Positions 10,790 through 22,092 of a stretch of DNA of 38,593 bases are shown piece after piece; the stretch's first letter is position 1; each line of letters opens with the position of its first letter. Under the pieces are notes generated by a model. It was given only the letters and a program-made list of their open reading frames with translations, searched no databases and was not told the DNA's origin. Made by a program: the position numbers and the translations under genes. Source of the DNA: Folioceros fuciformis (Eukaryota); assembly GCA_049999805.1 (NCBI GenBank), contig JBNGIO010006445.1:1-38593 (forward strand), written 5' to 3'.

Positions 10790-10939
10790 CCTAACTAGTG
10801 ATACCTAACTAGCACCTAACTAGTGATACCTAGCTAGCACCTAACTAGTCATACCTAACTAGCACCTAACTAGTCATACCTAGCTAGCACCTAACTAGTC
10901 ATACCTAGCTAGCACCCAACTAGTGATCCCTAGCTACCA
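10790..10939. repeat. 25-bp tandem repeat, 6 copies (14+11 substructure)
   Basis: cctaactagt(g/c)ataccta(a/g)ctagca with a 25-bp period. Confidence 0.95.
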
Positions 10940-11342
10940 CCATCAAGGAGAATTCCAAGTAATGAATATAATGTTAATGAGGTGACAGAGGGAGGATATG
11001 CTAAAACGAGTTCATGTGAGCTACTTGAGCATGACAAGACAAATTATTCCGAGTCCTAGCATAGGTCTATAGAAATTGTCTTGTAATCAAAATGTATGCA
11101 ATTTGAGACATTACCTGTGATCTATTTTTTGGTGGGCATGTTTGAGTTATTAATCATTGTTAGCCGTACTCATTTTTTCACTTAACATAGCTCTAAATAC
11201 AACAAATCACCTCTTAGACCAATTGTCGAGCAAAGTTGTGGGTGAGGTTGAAATCTAGAATTACGTTATAGAAATAAATAACCTTTGCCCTAGCCTCCCC
11301 GACAGCTCAAATTTCTTAAATGGGTTTGCACACCCTAACCGA

Positions 11343-11393
11343 GTGTTTACTATTGCGAAAATGGGCAAGCTTTATTTTCGCAATAGTAAACAC
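11343..11393. repeat. Perfect 20-bp inverted repeat with 11-nt loop
   Basis: gtgtttactattgcgaaaat / attttcgcaatagtaaacac. Confidence 0.95.
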
Positions 11394-12244
11394 ATGGTTT
11401 GGTGCCTTTTTCAGGCTTGTTTGCCTAATGTAGACCGCTGGGATGGCTTGTTAGTAGCGGTGGGGGAGGATGATTGTAGATTATGCAGCAATGGGGCCTC
11501 TCACAAAAGCCAACGAGAATGAGTGTAGATTATGCAGCAATGGGGCCTCTCACAAAAGCCAACAAGGATGAGTGTAGATTATGCAACAATGGGGCCTCTC
11601 ACAAAAGCCAACGAGGATGAATGTAGATTATGCAACAATGGGGCCTCTCACAAAAGCCAACGAGGATGAGTGTAGATTATGCAGCGATGGGGCCTCTTAC
11701 AAAAGCCAACATATGTACTTCCACTGTAAGTTTGCCCACAAGGTTTGGTGAGAGGTGGAGAGTTGGCTGCAAGGGCTCTTTCCTCTGGCCAGCCCGGTTC
11801 TGACTGAACAATCTACCCTCTTTGGGCTAGATCAAACTTCTAGTAACCCACTGGTGTCGAATCAATGGTGGGCTTTGGTGTGGAGCTCTTGCATTTTCTG
11901 CCTCTACAGTAGCTGGACAACAGTTGTATACAGCAGCAGGGCCTCACTATCTACCAAGGCTGTAATGTGGCGTATCTAGGAATAGGTGCTAACTGCGGTG
12001 GAAAATCTCCAAGCTTCCTCTCCTCGCAAATTCAAGAGGAAGGATTGGGTTATGGCTGGCTTTCTACAGCCGGGTCGGGACAATTCATGGATCCACAAAA
12101 GCCATTAGTAGGATGATCGGTCCTCCTGTCAAGCCTTTGTTTTCTATGTGTTGTGGCTATCAAAAGACCATAGGCTCAATATGTGTACTCTCTAAGAAGT
12201 ATTCCACCTGTTTTATCTTACTCTTTTTTCACAAGGAAAAAAAA
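11394..12244 (+). mobile_element. LINE (L1-like) 3' fragment with C-terminal CCHC zinc finger and short A tail
   Basis: VWCLFQACLPNVDR...CRLC-x9-HMYFHCKFAHKVW (zf-RVT-like); homologous to 35104-35816; A run at 12237-12244. Confidence 0.75.
11466..11710. repeat. 49-bp tandem repeat, 5 copies, inside the LINE zinc-finger region
   Basis: gaggatgagtgtagattatgcagcaatggggcctctcacaaaagccaac with a 49-bp period. Confidence 0.95.
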
Positions 12245-13146
12245 CATTTTCCTATGATGGTAAAAAGTAATTAATTAAAGTGAAATATGAAAAGGTAACA
12301 TAAATATACAAACCACCATCCTCTCTCTCACTCAACATGACCTTCTATACCTATGCCAATGGGCTCAAAAGTGTGGCACCAAAGCATGCTTACACCCATG
12401 GGTTTAAAACTCTACTCCCACCTTGCTACTACGAGAACTTAATCATTGAAACAATCAATCAAGTACTTTTATTCATGTCCACGAAGGGGAAACCATTATG
12501 AAACAAAAATTGTACACCCTATAAAGAATACGATTGCATTATACACATATAATATTTTTGCATTGTACACATATATACCTTTAAACAAAAAAAAATATAT
12601 CAGACAGATTGAAACTCTATAATTTGGGTGAAAGGTAAGGCCTAAGGATAAAGAAAAAAAATATAAATAATCCAGCTAAGATTGTCAATAATCTCGAGGA
12701 GGTCTAAAATGAAGCCATTAGTTAGTCTTCACAAACCATGCTACTTTAGAATATAAACTTATGTAAAAGCTTTATATATACAGTTTTTTAAATTTGACAG
12801 AAAGAAGAAAAAAATGGAGGAGCCAGGCATCTACATGCTAGCGCACTGAGTAACCAGGAAATTTGGTAATCGTGGTTGATGGGACCCTTGATCCTGCCGC
12901 CCTTCAGGAGAAGATAATTCCTAAAGGCCTTCTACATCGATCCTGACTCCGTCCGATTCTCCTCGTGGAAACTCACGGGTCGGAGTGACTATTCTAGCAG
13001 CGTTGAGGTCTAAATCATCATCATCATCATCAGGCACGGGTTGCATCCCTGCAGACTTTGTCTTAGATGCAACAATGCGAGGTTGAAGGTGAAGATGACG
13101 CCTTTCTCATCCGTCCTGACTCAAGCGCTTTGTGGATGACACAAGT

Positions 13147-13467
13147 CTAATGAAGCTGTTGGATCATCTCACTGAGGCCATCAAACAGATCCTGGAGGCG
13201 ATTCACCTTGGTGTGCAACTCTTCGAGTTCGCTGTTGCAATGTGAGGGTGATCTTGCCGAAACTGAACACCGAGGATTGTTGAGAGGTTTGCACGAAACG
13301 CTTTCAATGTGCTCTGTTGGGCAAGGGTGTGAGGACGGTTGTGAGCAGATCTGAGCTTCTGCTTCACGGCAGTCCTGGCAAATGAATTCATGGTGAATCC
13401 TGGGAACTGGAATTCGTTTGTTTGCTCCTCTGCCCGTAGACTCCATCACAACATGGCATCTCGGCAT
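13147..13467 (-). CDS. ORF0-like protein (FICQDC...HPCPTEHI plus coiled coil), 106 aa
   Basis: Starts ~70 nt after the PBS; motif aligns by eye with 4148-4708. Confidence 0.5.
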   Translation of the reverse strand: MPRCHVVMESTGRGANKRIPVPRIHHEFICQDCREAEAQICSQPSSHPCPTEHIESVSCKPLNNPRCSVSARSPSHCNSELEELHTKVNRLQDLFDGLSEMIQQLH

Positions 13468-13690
13468 TGTCTCCCTAATGACATCGGCACAATATCACTA
13501 AGGTGCCGATCATCATCTGCGGGGAAACATATTCAGAGCTCCGATACCATAATGTGGATTGTGATGGTGGGCATGAGCGACACATGGAGAGAACAAGAGC
13601 ACGCAGAGAAAAGCAAAAGAGTGACAATTATTGTGCATTGTTCAGAATACATGCTTTGTTCATGACGGTTACAGGAAGAGTAATTGATTA
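13147..13690 (-). mobile_element. 5' end of a tRNA-iMet-primed LTR element (partial 5' LTR 13553-13690, PBS 13538-13549, ORF0); no gag recognisable downstream
   Basis: TGGTATCGGAGC 3 nt after a CA end; followed by an ORF0 homolog; LTR cut at 13691 by another LTR. Confidence 0.7.
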
Positions 13691-14117
13691 TGTAGCCTAC
13701 ACTAAACTAAAGGGGTTTCAACAATCTGGCGTAGCCTCTTGGAAGTTAAAACCTTCCTCCTCTCAGTCCTACCCAGGTATAGAAATGATGTGTTGGGCCT
13801 TCCTCTGAAGGATCGCTAGAGGAGCATGATGAAGGAGAGGAGAGGAGGAGGCAAGGAGGAGAGGAGGAGGCAAGGAGGAGAGGAAAAAAAGAGAGGTCAC
13901 ACTCTCACAAAAGGTCTCAATATGCAAGGGAGCTCAAGGGGGTATTTATACCATCTAGAAGAGCTCCCTAGGAAGCTTCACAAGAAGCGCACAGGAAGCT
14001 ATGCAAGAAGCTTCCTACATATTAGCTTAAGCTAATCTAAACTAATGATACTTAACTAGACACTAATCTTGAACTAAACACATTAGTCTAAGCACATTGG
14101 GCTTTAATAACCCTACA
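13691..14117 (-). repeat. 3' LTR of Copia-3 (427 bp), with TATA box at 13943-13950
   Basis: tgtag/ctaca terminal repeats; adjacent PPT; TATAAATA on the minus strand. Confidence 0.85.
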
Positions 14118-14159
14118 ACCTCCCCCTTAAAGGCCAATTTACCTTCATAGGAGAGTGGT

Positions 14160-14629
14160 CTACCTCATGCCCATGAGTGTCTGAGCTTGTGCGAATTGCT
14201 CCGAAGAGAGCCCCTTGGTAAGAACATTTGCAGGGTTCTGACTGGTGTGAACTTTGACAAGTTGTACCCTCTTGTCTTCCAACACCTCTCGAATGAAGCG
14301 ATACTTCACTTCCATATGTTTGGTCTTCGCATGAAACATTGGATTCTTTGCCAATTGAATAGCACTCTGGCTATCACAATGCAACACTGGAAGCTCAACC
14401 TTGATCCTCAAATCTCCCACTAAACGAGCAAGCCACATGGCTTCCTTGCACGCCTCAGTTGCTGCAACATACTCGGCCTCTGTGGTAGATAGCGTTATGC
14501 ACGATTGCAAACGAGATCGCCATGAGACTGCCCCTCCTGTGCACATGAAGACATAACCTGATGTGGACCTCCTTTTGTCCATACCCTCTGCATAATCAGC
14601 GTCCGTATATCCCACGACAGATGCATCTT
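14160..14629 (-). pseudogene. Copia RNase H domain fragment
   Basis: GYTDADYA..RRSTSGY..LSTTEAEY..CDSQSA..HAKTKH..NVLTKGL; homology ends abruptly at 14630. Confidence 0.92.
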
Positions 14630-16145
14630 TGTAGAGGAAAAAAACTTTCGACACTCCCATTTTGAGTGATAGGATGAGCAGGCTGCAATTTTTTGTATGA
14701 AGGAATGAGCAAATTGGCTTAGTATGTGAATAAAATGGGGTATTCATCCCCAAAAATGGCCTTGGTCTTTGGGTGTTTGGGATACCGAAGACCACGATCT
14801 AGAAGTGAGTGAGTGAGGGTGCCCTTGAGCCTTGGTGGTTCGGGGGCCTTTAGGAGATTATATATATCTCCCCCTTTTGGAAATAAGGAATAGAAATGAG
14901 TAGGGAAGAGGGTTAGCTAGTTGTGGATTTAGGAAAAAGGATGGGTTGAGGTGACTGGGCGACGGTGGCCAGTGGGGCAACCGTCGCGAAAAGGACAACA
15001 ATTGGTAGTCTAACTAGCAGTAGTGAGAGAAGAAAATGGCCAGTATAAAAACCCTAAAGGGAAGTATGGAAGGGAATTAAGTTAGTCTTCGAAAAGTAAA
15101 GGGCAGTAACTCGGGAGCGTGAAGGCGGCTGGAAGGGAAGCAGATGCTGAGGCAACAGGACGGGCCGAGGCAAGCAGCGAGTGCTCAGCGAGAGAGAGAA
15201 GGGAATGCAGAAGCCGGAGCATGAGGAGGAGATTGGCAGGATGAGGTCAGGTCCTGAACTGCTGCCTGGAGTACCAGAGTAGGAGGGGGAACCTCTTGTC
15301 CCCCGGATCGACCTACTGTTGTGGCCCAACATGGAGCATTGGAGGGTCAGAGCAGGAGGGTTGGTGGATGAATTGGGTTTGGGTTTCATGACCCAGAAGT
15401 GGAACCACGCGGCGCCACAGTTGGTCAGGGAGTGCGCCCTAAGGTTGAGGGAACTTGTCCGAGAGAAAGGGATCAGAGGTAGACCGCAAGGGTGGAATCT
15501 AGAGCTAGTAAGGAGGGTGTATGGCCGTGACCAGCGAGAAGAGGGAGGACTGGTGCTGGAGTCCTTGAGGAAACAGGGGGGTACAGGAGACGCTGAAGGA
15601 CTGCTCAAACCAGGCATGAAGAAGGAGGCTAACGGATGGTTGGTTCGCGACATGGCGAGCCCGCAGCTGATGGGTCTGGCCAGGTAGTTTCTTAGCTTTC
15701 TCCAGGTTCGCAAATAGGATTATCTATCATAGATGCTCCTGTTTGTGCATAAGGTAGTGAAGGGGACCAGGATTGATTGGGGAAAATTTCTGTATGCCAG
15801 GATGGACGAGGAGAGGCAGAATTTGACCCTGTCCTCTCCTCAGCCCTCGATGATTTCCCCGTTTCTAGTGCATATTTATAGTTATGTTAACCTGGTGTCC
15901 GAACTGGAGGTGTTGGCTTCACTGCACATGTGGAGGCCAATCAAGGATGTAAAATGGAAGCCTGCTGAGCCAGTGAAGGCTGACTCCAGCAGTTGGGAGT
16001 CGGGGAGTGGGGACAGCTCGGAGGGGAAGGTCCCTGTCAGGCCTAAGAAGAGGACAACGGCTCAGGGGAAGACCCTTGACAAGAGGAGATGGGTCAGCGG
16101 GCAGAGCACGAGAGGAGGGAGTATGCCGAAGACACCGGAGACAGC
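14630..16145 (-). mobile_element. 3' end of a probable Ty3/Gypsy element (LTR ~14630-14862, PPT 14867-14878, antisense extra ORF) inserted in the Copia-3 RNase H
   Basis: TG terminus exactly at the RNase H break; AAAAGGGGGAGA tract on the minus strand; decayed coding region on the opposite strand. Confidence 0.6.
15319..16145 (+). pseudogene. Degenerate retrotransposon accessory (antisense) ORF
   Basis: In-frame ORFs 15319-15687 and 15733 onward, separated by TAG stops; RIDWGKFLY...MISPFLVHIY resembles accessory ORFs of plant Gypsy elements (by recall, not searched). Confidence 0.5.
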
Positions 16146-16545
16146 TGTGGGGTTAAAATATGGTACCCAGGGGTACCGCGAGGTCCACACAAGCCCTCTA
16201 TGTCGTTGTAGCTCTGGGATTCGATCCCAAGGGAATGATTTGTGTTAAACTACATAGGTTAGCTTCTAAAGTCAATTAGCACTTTAAGCTCGACTGACCC
16301 ATGCACACACGTCCAGTGCTCGGACCTTGCCAAGCCCCCTTACTTCCCCACCGGACGACCCCTCAACCACCCGGTCGCCCCAACGGCTACCTTCCCCTAG
16401 ACTACCTGTGGAGGCAAAACCCCGGGCACTGATTGCCGACGGGTTCCACCTTTAGTGGCCACACTTATCCCACTGTCGTTGAGACATTGGGTTTCGTTCC
16501 CACGAAGGAGCGATGGGGTTCCTTGCTGCTGTGGATGGAGGGTCG
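16146..16545 (-). repeat. Athila-like LTR, U5-side 400 bp, interrupted by Copia-2
   Basis: tgtgg terminus; ccacac...tcgttgtag...gattcg..cccaa block shared with 1076-1170 and with the reverse complement of 27940-28042. Confidence 0.75.
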
Positions 16546-16809
16546 TGAAAAACAGGCTAGATCGTCATGCGTAGGCAGGTAGATCAGACAAGAAGAACAA
16601 GAAAGAATTAATTGTATTGCACGCGCGTCCACCTAAAAGGTTAGGGACGGCGGCGGTTGGCCGTGTCCGTTCGTATGGACACGGCGGTTGGTCTTAGGGC
16701 ACGACCGTTAGTCGTGCCCCTTAAAATGGGTTACGTCTTATGACGTTTCGCTACTTAACCTATTTAATTATCTCTATGCTTTGACTATTAATACATACGT
16801 ATTCTAATA
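16546..16809 (-). repeat. 3' LTR of Copia-2 (264 bp, TA...CA)
   Basis: Identical to the 5' LTR outside one rearranged block; abuts the PPT. Confidence 0.95.
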
Positions 16810-17117
16810 CTCCCACTTAGGCATAGCATAGATAATCTACGCCTCACAGCCACGACGTGTCATGTGATTGCTGTCTTTACGTCCACTCCTTTGACGAGGA
16901 CGGCAAGCTGATTCTGAGATATGGTAAGTGAAACTTGCGCCAGCTTGCTCCCACTGCAGAGAATTTCGCTTGCAACTGACCAAGTGATGCCGGTTTGTGT
17001 TGCCACAGAGCCGTGGTACATGTGCTCCACTTCCAGACCTCAGCGACAGTTCAAAGGATGGACGCAGACAGGTTTAGGTTGTCTGGCTGCGAATTCCTAG
17101 TGAGTGCAGAGATAACT

Positions 17118-20100
17118 CTAGGTTTCTGGCATGTTTGTGAGGCCCATGGCCCTACAGAATTTATCATGCTTCTCTTTTGACAAGGCTTTAGTAAGGACAT
17201 CTGGTCTTTGTTTGTACAGAAGCCCAAGGGTTGGAGTCCCTTTGAGATATCTCATAATTCTCTAGACTGCTGCCCAATGAGGACTTCCGTAATTAGAGAG
17301 AAACTGCGAAACAGCTCCCACTGCCTGAGATAACTCAGGCCTCGTCCAATTCCTAAAATATATAAGTGAGCCAACTGCAGATTTATAAGGTACGGCTTCC
17401 ATCTTTTGCCTTTCCTCCTCGTTCTTAGGGCACTGATCAAGGGTCAGTTTCTCACCCACAGCTTGTGATGTTGCTGCAGGCTTGCAGTCCAGCATTCTGA
17501 ATCTCATCAATATCTGCCGAATGAATTGACTCTGATGAATGAAGACTGTATGCGTGGACAGATTCTGGATAATTTGTACTCCCAAGAAGTATGTGAGCTG
17601 GCCCACATCAGTCATATTGAACTCAGAGGTCAGGATACCCTTAACCTTGTTCATAAGCATAGGGTTACTTGCAATAATTACGGCATCATCCACATACAGG
17701 GCAAGGTACGCAACACCATTGTTATCATACATTCTGTATACGTTGCTATCTGAGTCACTTTGGATGAATCCACAGTCTTTGAGGAATTTGTCTATTCTCT
17801 TAAACCAAGCCCTAGGAGACTGCTTCAATCCGTATATGGTCTTGATAAGCTTACATACCTTGGTTGGGTGATCTGGGTCCGCAAAACCTTCAGGCTGTTG
17901 CATATAGATTGTTTCCTCCAAGATTCCATTAAGGAATGCTGTTTTGACATCCATGTGATGCATTTTGTAATCATGTTGGGCAGCTATGGCCATCAACGCT
18001 CTAACTGAGGTGGCACGAACCACAGGTGAGAACGTCTCTGTATAGTCCAAGCCTTCAACCTGACTATATCCGCGGGCAACAAGGCGGGCTTTATACCTTG
18101 CAATGGTTCCGTCTTGTGCCAACTTTTTCTTGAATACCCACTTACACGTCACTGCCTTGCGGCCTGGAGGTAAGTCAACAAGTTCCCAGGTTTTGTTATC
18201 AACTAGTGACTGGTATTCTGATTGGATTGCTGCATGCCATTTTCCTGCCTCATGACCATGTATTGCTTCCTTGTATGACTGAGGTTCACTGAGATCTATG
18301 GGTTCTCCCTGATCATCTACAAGGAAGGAGTTGTAAGTCAATGGCGGTGTCTGCCACTCATCAGGTGAGGACGTATGCCTCCTACTACTCCTCCGTAATG
18401 GTGCCTCAGGCACATATACCTCAGTGTGAACTGGTACAGTATCTAACTGAACATGGTCCATGTGCTGATCACTGTCTGCAGGCACAACATCCCCATCCGC
18501 ATCCCCATCTGGACTTGCCAAATTCTGAGCAGGAGAAGTTCCACTTGACACCTCATCATCGGGGAAGTAGCTAAGTTCCTCAACTTCGGTGCTTTGTGAA
18601 TTACTCTGCTCATTTGATTGCGTAGGGATGACAGGGACTTGAGGTATGACTGACTGTCCATGAAGGTCAGCTGGCTGAGACACAGCATTATCATCCAGAG
18701 TCTGGTTATCCATATCAGAATCATGTGAATAACTACTGGATGCTTGAGTACTTAGAGGTGGTAGCTGAGGAGGCTCTAGCAACGGCAGTTCATTGAACAG
18801 TACACTCCTAGCATGCGTAGTGGTACGGGTTTCAGGATCATAGAGTTTGTACCCCTTGATGCCCTCAGTGTAACCGACGAAGATATACTGGCGAGCTTTA
18901 TAATCAAGCTTAACTCGTTGATCTTCTGACAGATGGGCATAGGCAGGAGCACCAAAAATCCGCAGATGATTAATTCTGGGCTTGTGTGATGTCCAGCGCT
19001 CGTAGGGAGTGGCACCAGTGAAAGCCTTGGTGGGGAGGCGATTCTTGATGTAGGTCGCCGTGGCAACAGCTTCTGCCCAATATCCCCTGGACAGGCGAGA
19101 AATCTTAAGCATAGATTTGGCTGCCTGCTGCAGATGCTTGTTGTTAAGTTCCGCTAAGGGATTCTGTGAAGACGTATAGGGCACTGTGAGCTGCCTGGCG
19201 ATGCCAAGAGAGCGGCAGTAAGCATCGAACTCAGCTGAACAGAATTCGCCTCCACCATCACTGCGTAAGGTCTTAACCAACTCCCCTGTTTGCCTCTGTG
19301 CAAAAATGACATACTCTTGGAAGCAGCCGAGAGTCTGATTCTTGTTTTTGATGAAATAGGTAATAGTATACCGGCTCCAATCATCAACAAAGGAGAGAAT
19401 ATACTTGGCGCCTCCAAGAGACGAAGTGGACATGGGTCCACACAAGTCAGAATGGACAACCTCCAAGAGCTTTGTAGCTCGGGTAGGGTTGGTGTCCTTG
19501 TAAGGTAAGCGCTGATGCTTGCCAAAGGCACATGCTTCACAGAACTGCTTATTCACAAACTGCAGCAGAAACTTTTCCCGATATAAGGTATTGTCGGAGA
19601 TCATCAACTTGATCTTATCGAAATTGGCATGACCCAATCGACAGTGCCATAACATGGACTGCTGATCCTTGAAGGCTGCCTGAATGGCTTGTACAGAAGG
19701 TGGCGGCAGTCCAAACTTTGAGGTAAAGTCCAAAGCATACAAGTCATTGACAGGCTTCCCAGTTGCTAGAGTCTTGGACTTGGAGTGAGGATCAGAAATA
19801 AAACAATCAAGGTCGATGAATGAGATTATCAACCCATGTTGTTTCTGGAAATTACTCACGGAAACCAGGTTCTTTACCATGGCAGGTACATGAAGAACAT
19901 CCATCAGATTGATGGTGCTCTTGTTTGTGAGTAATACAGGGACTGTCCCTACTCCAGCAATCTCCAGACCCCTCTCGTCACCTAGTAGCACTTGGTGTCC
20001 AGGCGGCATCTTAGTATAATGCAGAAAAGACTTCCGATTATGGCAAATATGTGCTGACGCACAGGAGTCAAGATACCAAACATCATTGACCTGCGTCGTG

Positions 20101-21305
20101 GCAGTCATACATACTGTAAGTATAGTGTTCTTGCGTTGAACCAGGTTGTTTTCTGCTGGAGGTGCAACCCTTCGAGGCTCATTGGCCTTCTTCTTCCTAC
20201 ACTCGGATTCAAAGTGGCCAGGAATAAGACACCAATTACACTTGCCCTTTTTCTTTGCAGAACCAACCCCTGGATACCTTCTGGCCCCTGAACTGTTGGT
20301 ATTGTTCCAAGAGGAACGTGATGGTGGCTTCCTAGAGCCTCTTTGAGAAAAGAGCACTCTGCTTGAAGCCTCTCCCCTGTGGGAGGTGCCACCACGGTTT
20401 GCATTTCGGGTTGCCTCTTCCTCGAGAAGGGCTCCGACTAGGTCAGATAGGTGAACTGCAGGTGCTTGTCCTGCTGGGGTTGCAAGCTGTATGTTACGGA
20501 GATTTGAGCTGTAGTTGCTCACAAACGTCCGATAGCTCTCAGGAAGTGTAAGTAATAAGGCGATTGCCGCCTGAATCTCTGTTATTGTAGTACCACTTGA
20601 TGTCAACTTTGAACGCAACGTTCTAAATCTACTCACATGAGCCTCGATTGTGTCAGACTCCTTCATCTTGCAGGTATAAAAGGACCTGGTAGAGGTCACC
20701 ATGGAGGTCCCATTGACAACCTGGTAAGCCTGAGTAAGTGCATCCCAAGCTTCTTTGGTTGTTTCCACATCTCGGGTATAATCAATCATTGTGCCATCTA
20801 GCGCAGCCTGGATAACTCCAAGTGCGCGAAGATCCTTTTTGTTCCAGGCGTCAATGTCGGCTTGTGCTGATCCAGTGGCTGGCTTCACCGATGCTCCAGA
20901 GACAACATCCCACAGGTCATGTTCTCTTAGAATGGTTTTAACCCTGAGTGCCCAGATGTCGAACTGGGTGCCCGAAAAACGGTCCTTCTCCTTGAAGTCG
21001 ATCTTCAGGTTATTCACAGTAGTATTATGAGTCACAGTGCCAGTAGCCATGGCTTGCACAACTCGAGTGGCTAACTGGAGTGCTAATCCTTGCTTAAAGG
21101 CCTGGACCTGTGCAGCAACTGAGGTGCTAGACTGTGCACTGGGGACAGGTCTTGTAGGTGAGGGAGTGCTAGACCGAGACGAGGAGGAACTGTCAATTGA
21201 CAGAGGATCAAATGTGTTACTCGAAACTAAATGCCCTCTTCGACCAGTGGGTCGACCTCTCCTAGATGAGTTCCTAGCACCCCTACCTCTTGAGTGCATC
21301 CGCAC
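17118..21305 (-). pseudogene. Copia gag-pol polyprotein; nonsense codon at 17262-17264 and RNase H core deleted
   Basis: CNWC..GH..EC; YLDSCAS; LWHCRLGH; VHSDLCGP/LRSDGGGE; YKARLVARG; LYVDD; after the TAG the frame reads RIMRYLKGT...LLYKQR|PDVLTKAL to the stop at 17118. Confidence 0.92.
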
Positions 21306-21311
21306 AGCAGA

Positions 21312-21905
21312 CTAGAAGTCTGGTGGAACATCAGATGTGGTATTGCACCCTGACATATCAAGCATATCCTTCATTGCATTTACTTGCCGTATTAATTCAA
21401 TGCCCTTCTCTGCTTGTGCAGCAGGTCTACTAACTGAAATGGACAAGAATGCAAGCTGTTGTGACAGCAAGGTTATGCTTCTACTATTGTCTTTCAATTT
21501 CTCACTGAGATCAGCAAAATGTCGTCTATTGATTTCGGCTTGACACTTTATGAACTGATGCACCTCTGCTAGAAGGTGATCGCTAGTGTTTGACACGTTC
21601 GAACTTGCTGTGCATCTATCACAAAGTGATCTAGTTGCAAACTGTCTTGCATGTTGTGCAACATTTGGATGCAAGTTTGTACGGTAGTCAGGATGGACAC
21701 TGATCTTGTGCCTATTTGCCTGACACCTAGTGAATGCAGATGACGACTGCTGATCCCTGTAATTTGAAGAAGACACAATGGGTTCAACAGTGTGCGACAG
21801 AAATTGATTTAAATTCTGATTCTGTGAATGCGCAAACTTACTATTATGGACAGCAAAGTGATCAAGATTCTGGTTTGATCTGCGTTGCCTACGGGCTCTC
21901 GGCAT
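21312..21905 (-). CDS. ORF0 of Copia-2 (197 aa; Arg-rich start, CDRC...SDHL, coiled coil), in frame with gag-pol across a single TAG
   Basis: Lies between the PBS and gag; junction reads TTC TAG TCT GCT GTG CGG ATG. Confidence 0.6.
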   Translation of the reverse strand: MPRARRQRRSNQNLDHFAVHNSKFAHSQNQNLNQFLSHTVEPIVSSSNYRDQQSSSAFTRCQANRHKISVHPDYRTNLHPNVAQHARQFATRSLCDRCTASSNVSNTSDHLLAEVHQFIKCQAEINRRHFADLSEKLKDNSRSITLLSQQLAFLSISVSRPAAQAEKGIELIRQVNAMKDMLDMSGCNTTSDVPPDF

Positions 21906-22092
21906 GATTACTTCCTAAGAAAAGTAGTGTTCTACAGTTTCTGCTAGAAACTTATCAGCCATGCTTCCGAATCTGACTAGCGCCAATTTGAGTGCAGAGA
22001 TAAGACTTCGAAAGACTTGGAAATCAAGACTCTTGATGCAATCCTCACTCTGGCAAATTGGACAGCGATTCTCAGACATGGCGTTATCCATG

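Larger units (their letters stand above)
13691..14629 (-). mobile_element. Ty1/Copia element 'Copia-3', 3' end (RNase H, PPT, 3' LTR)
   Basis: RNase H frame; PPT AAGGGGGAGG at 14119-14128; LTR with TGTAG...CTACA termini. Confidence 0.9.

Noticed and set aside
11466-11710. Tandem arrays here and at 4828, 10790 and 33841 as CRISPR-like arrays
   Set aside because: Units are contiguous with no unique spacers, there are no cas genes and the context is eukaryotic.
14630-14795. N-terminal part of ORF 14160-14795
   Set aside because: It reads through an inserted LTR; RNase H homology begins only at ~14629.
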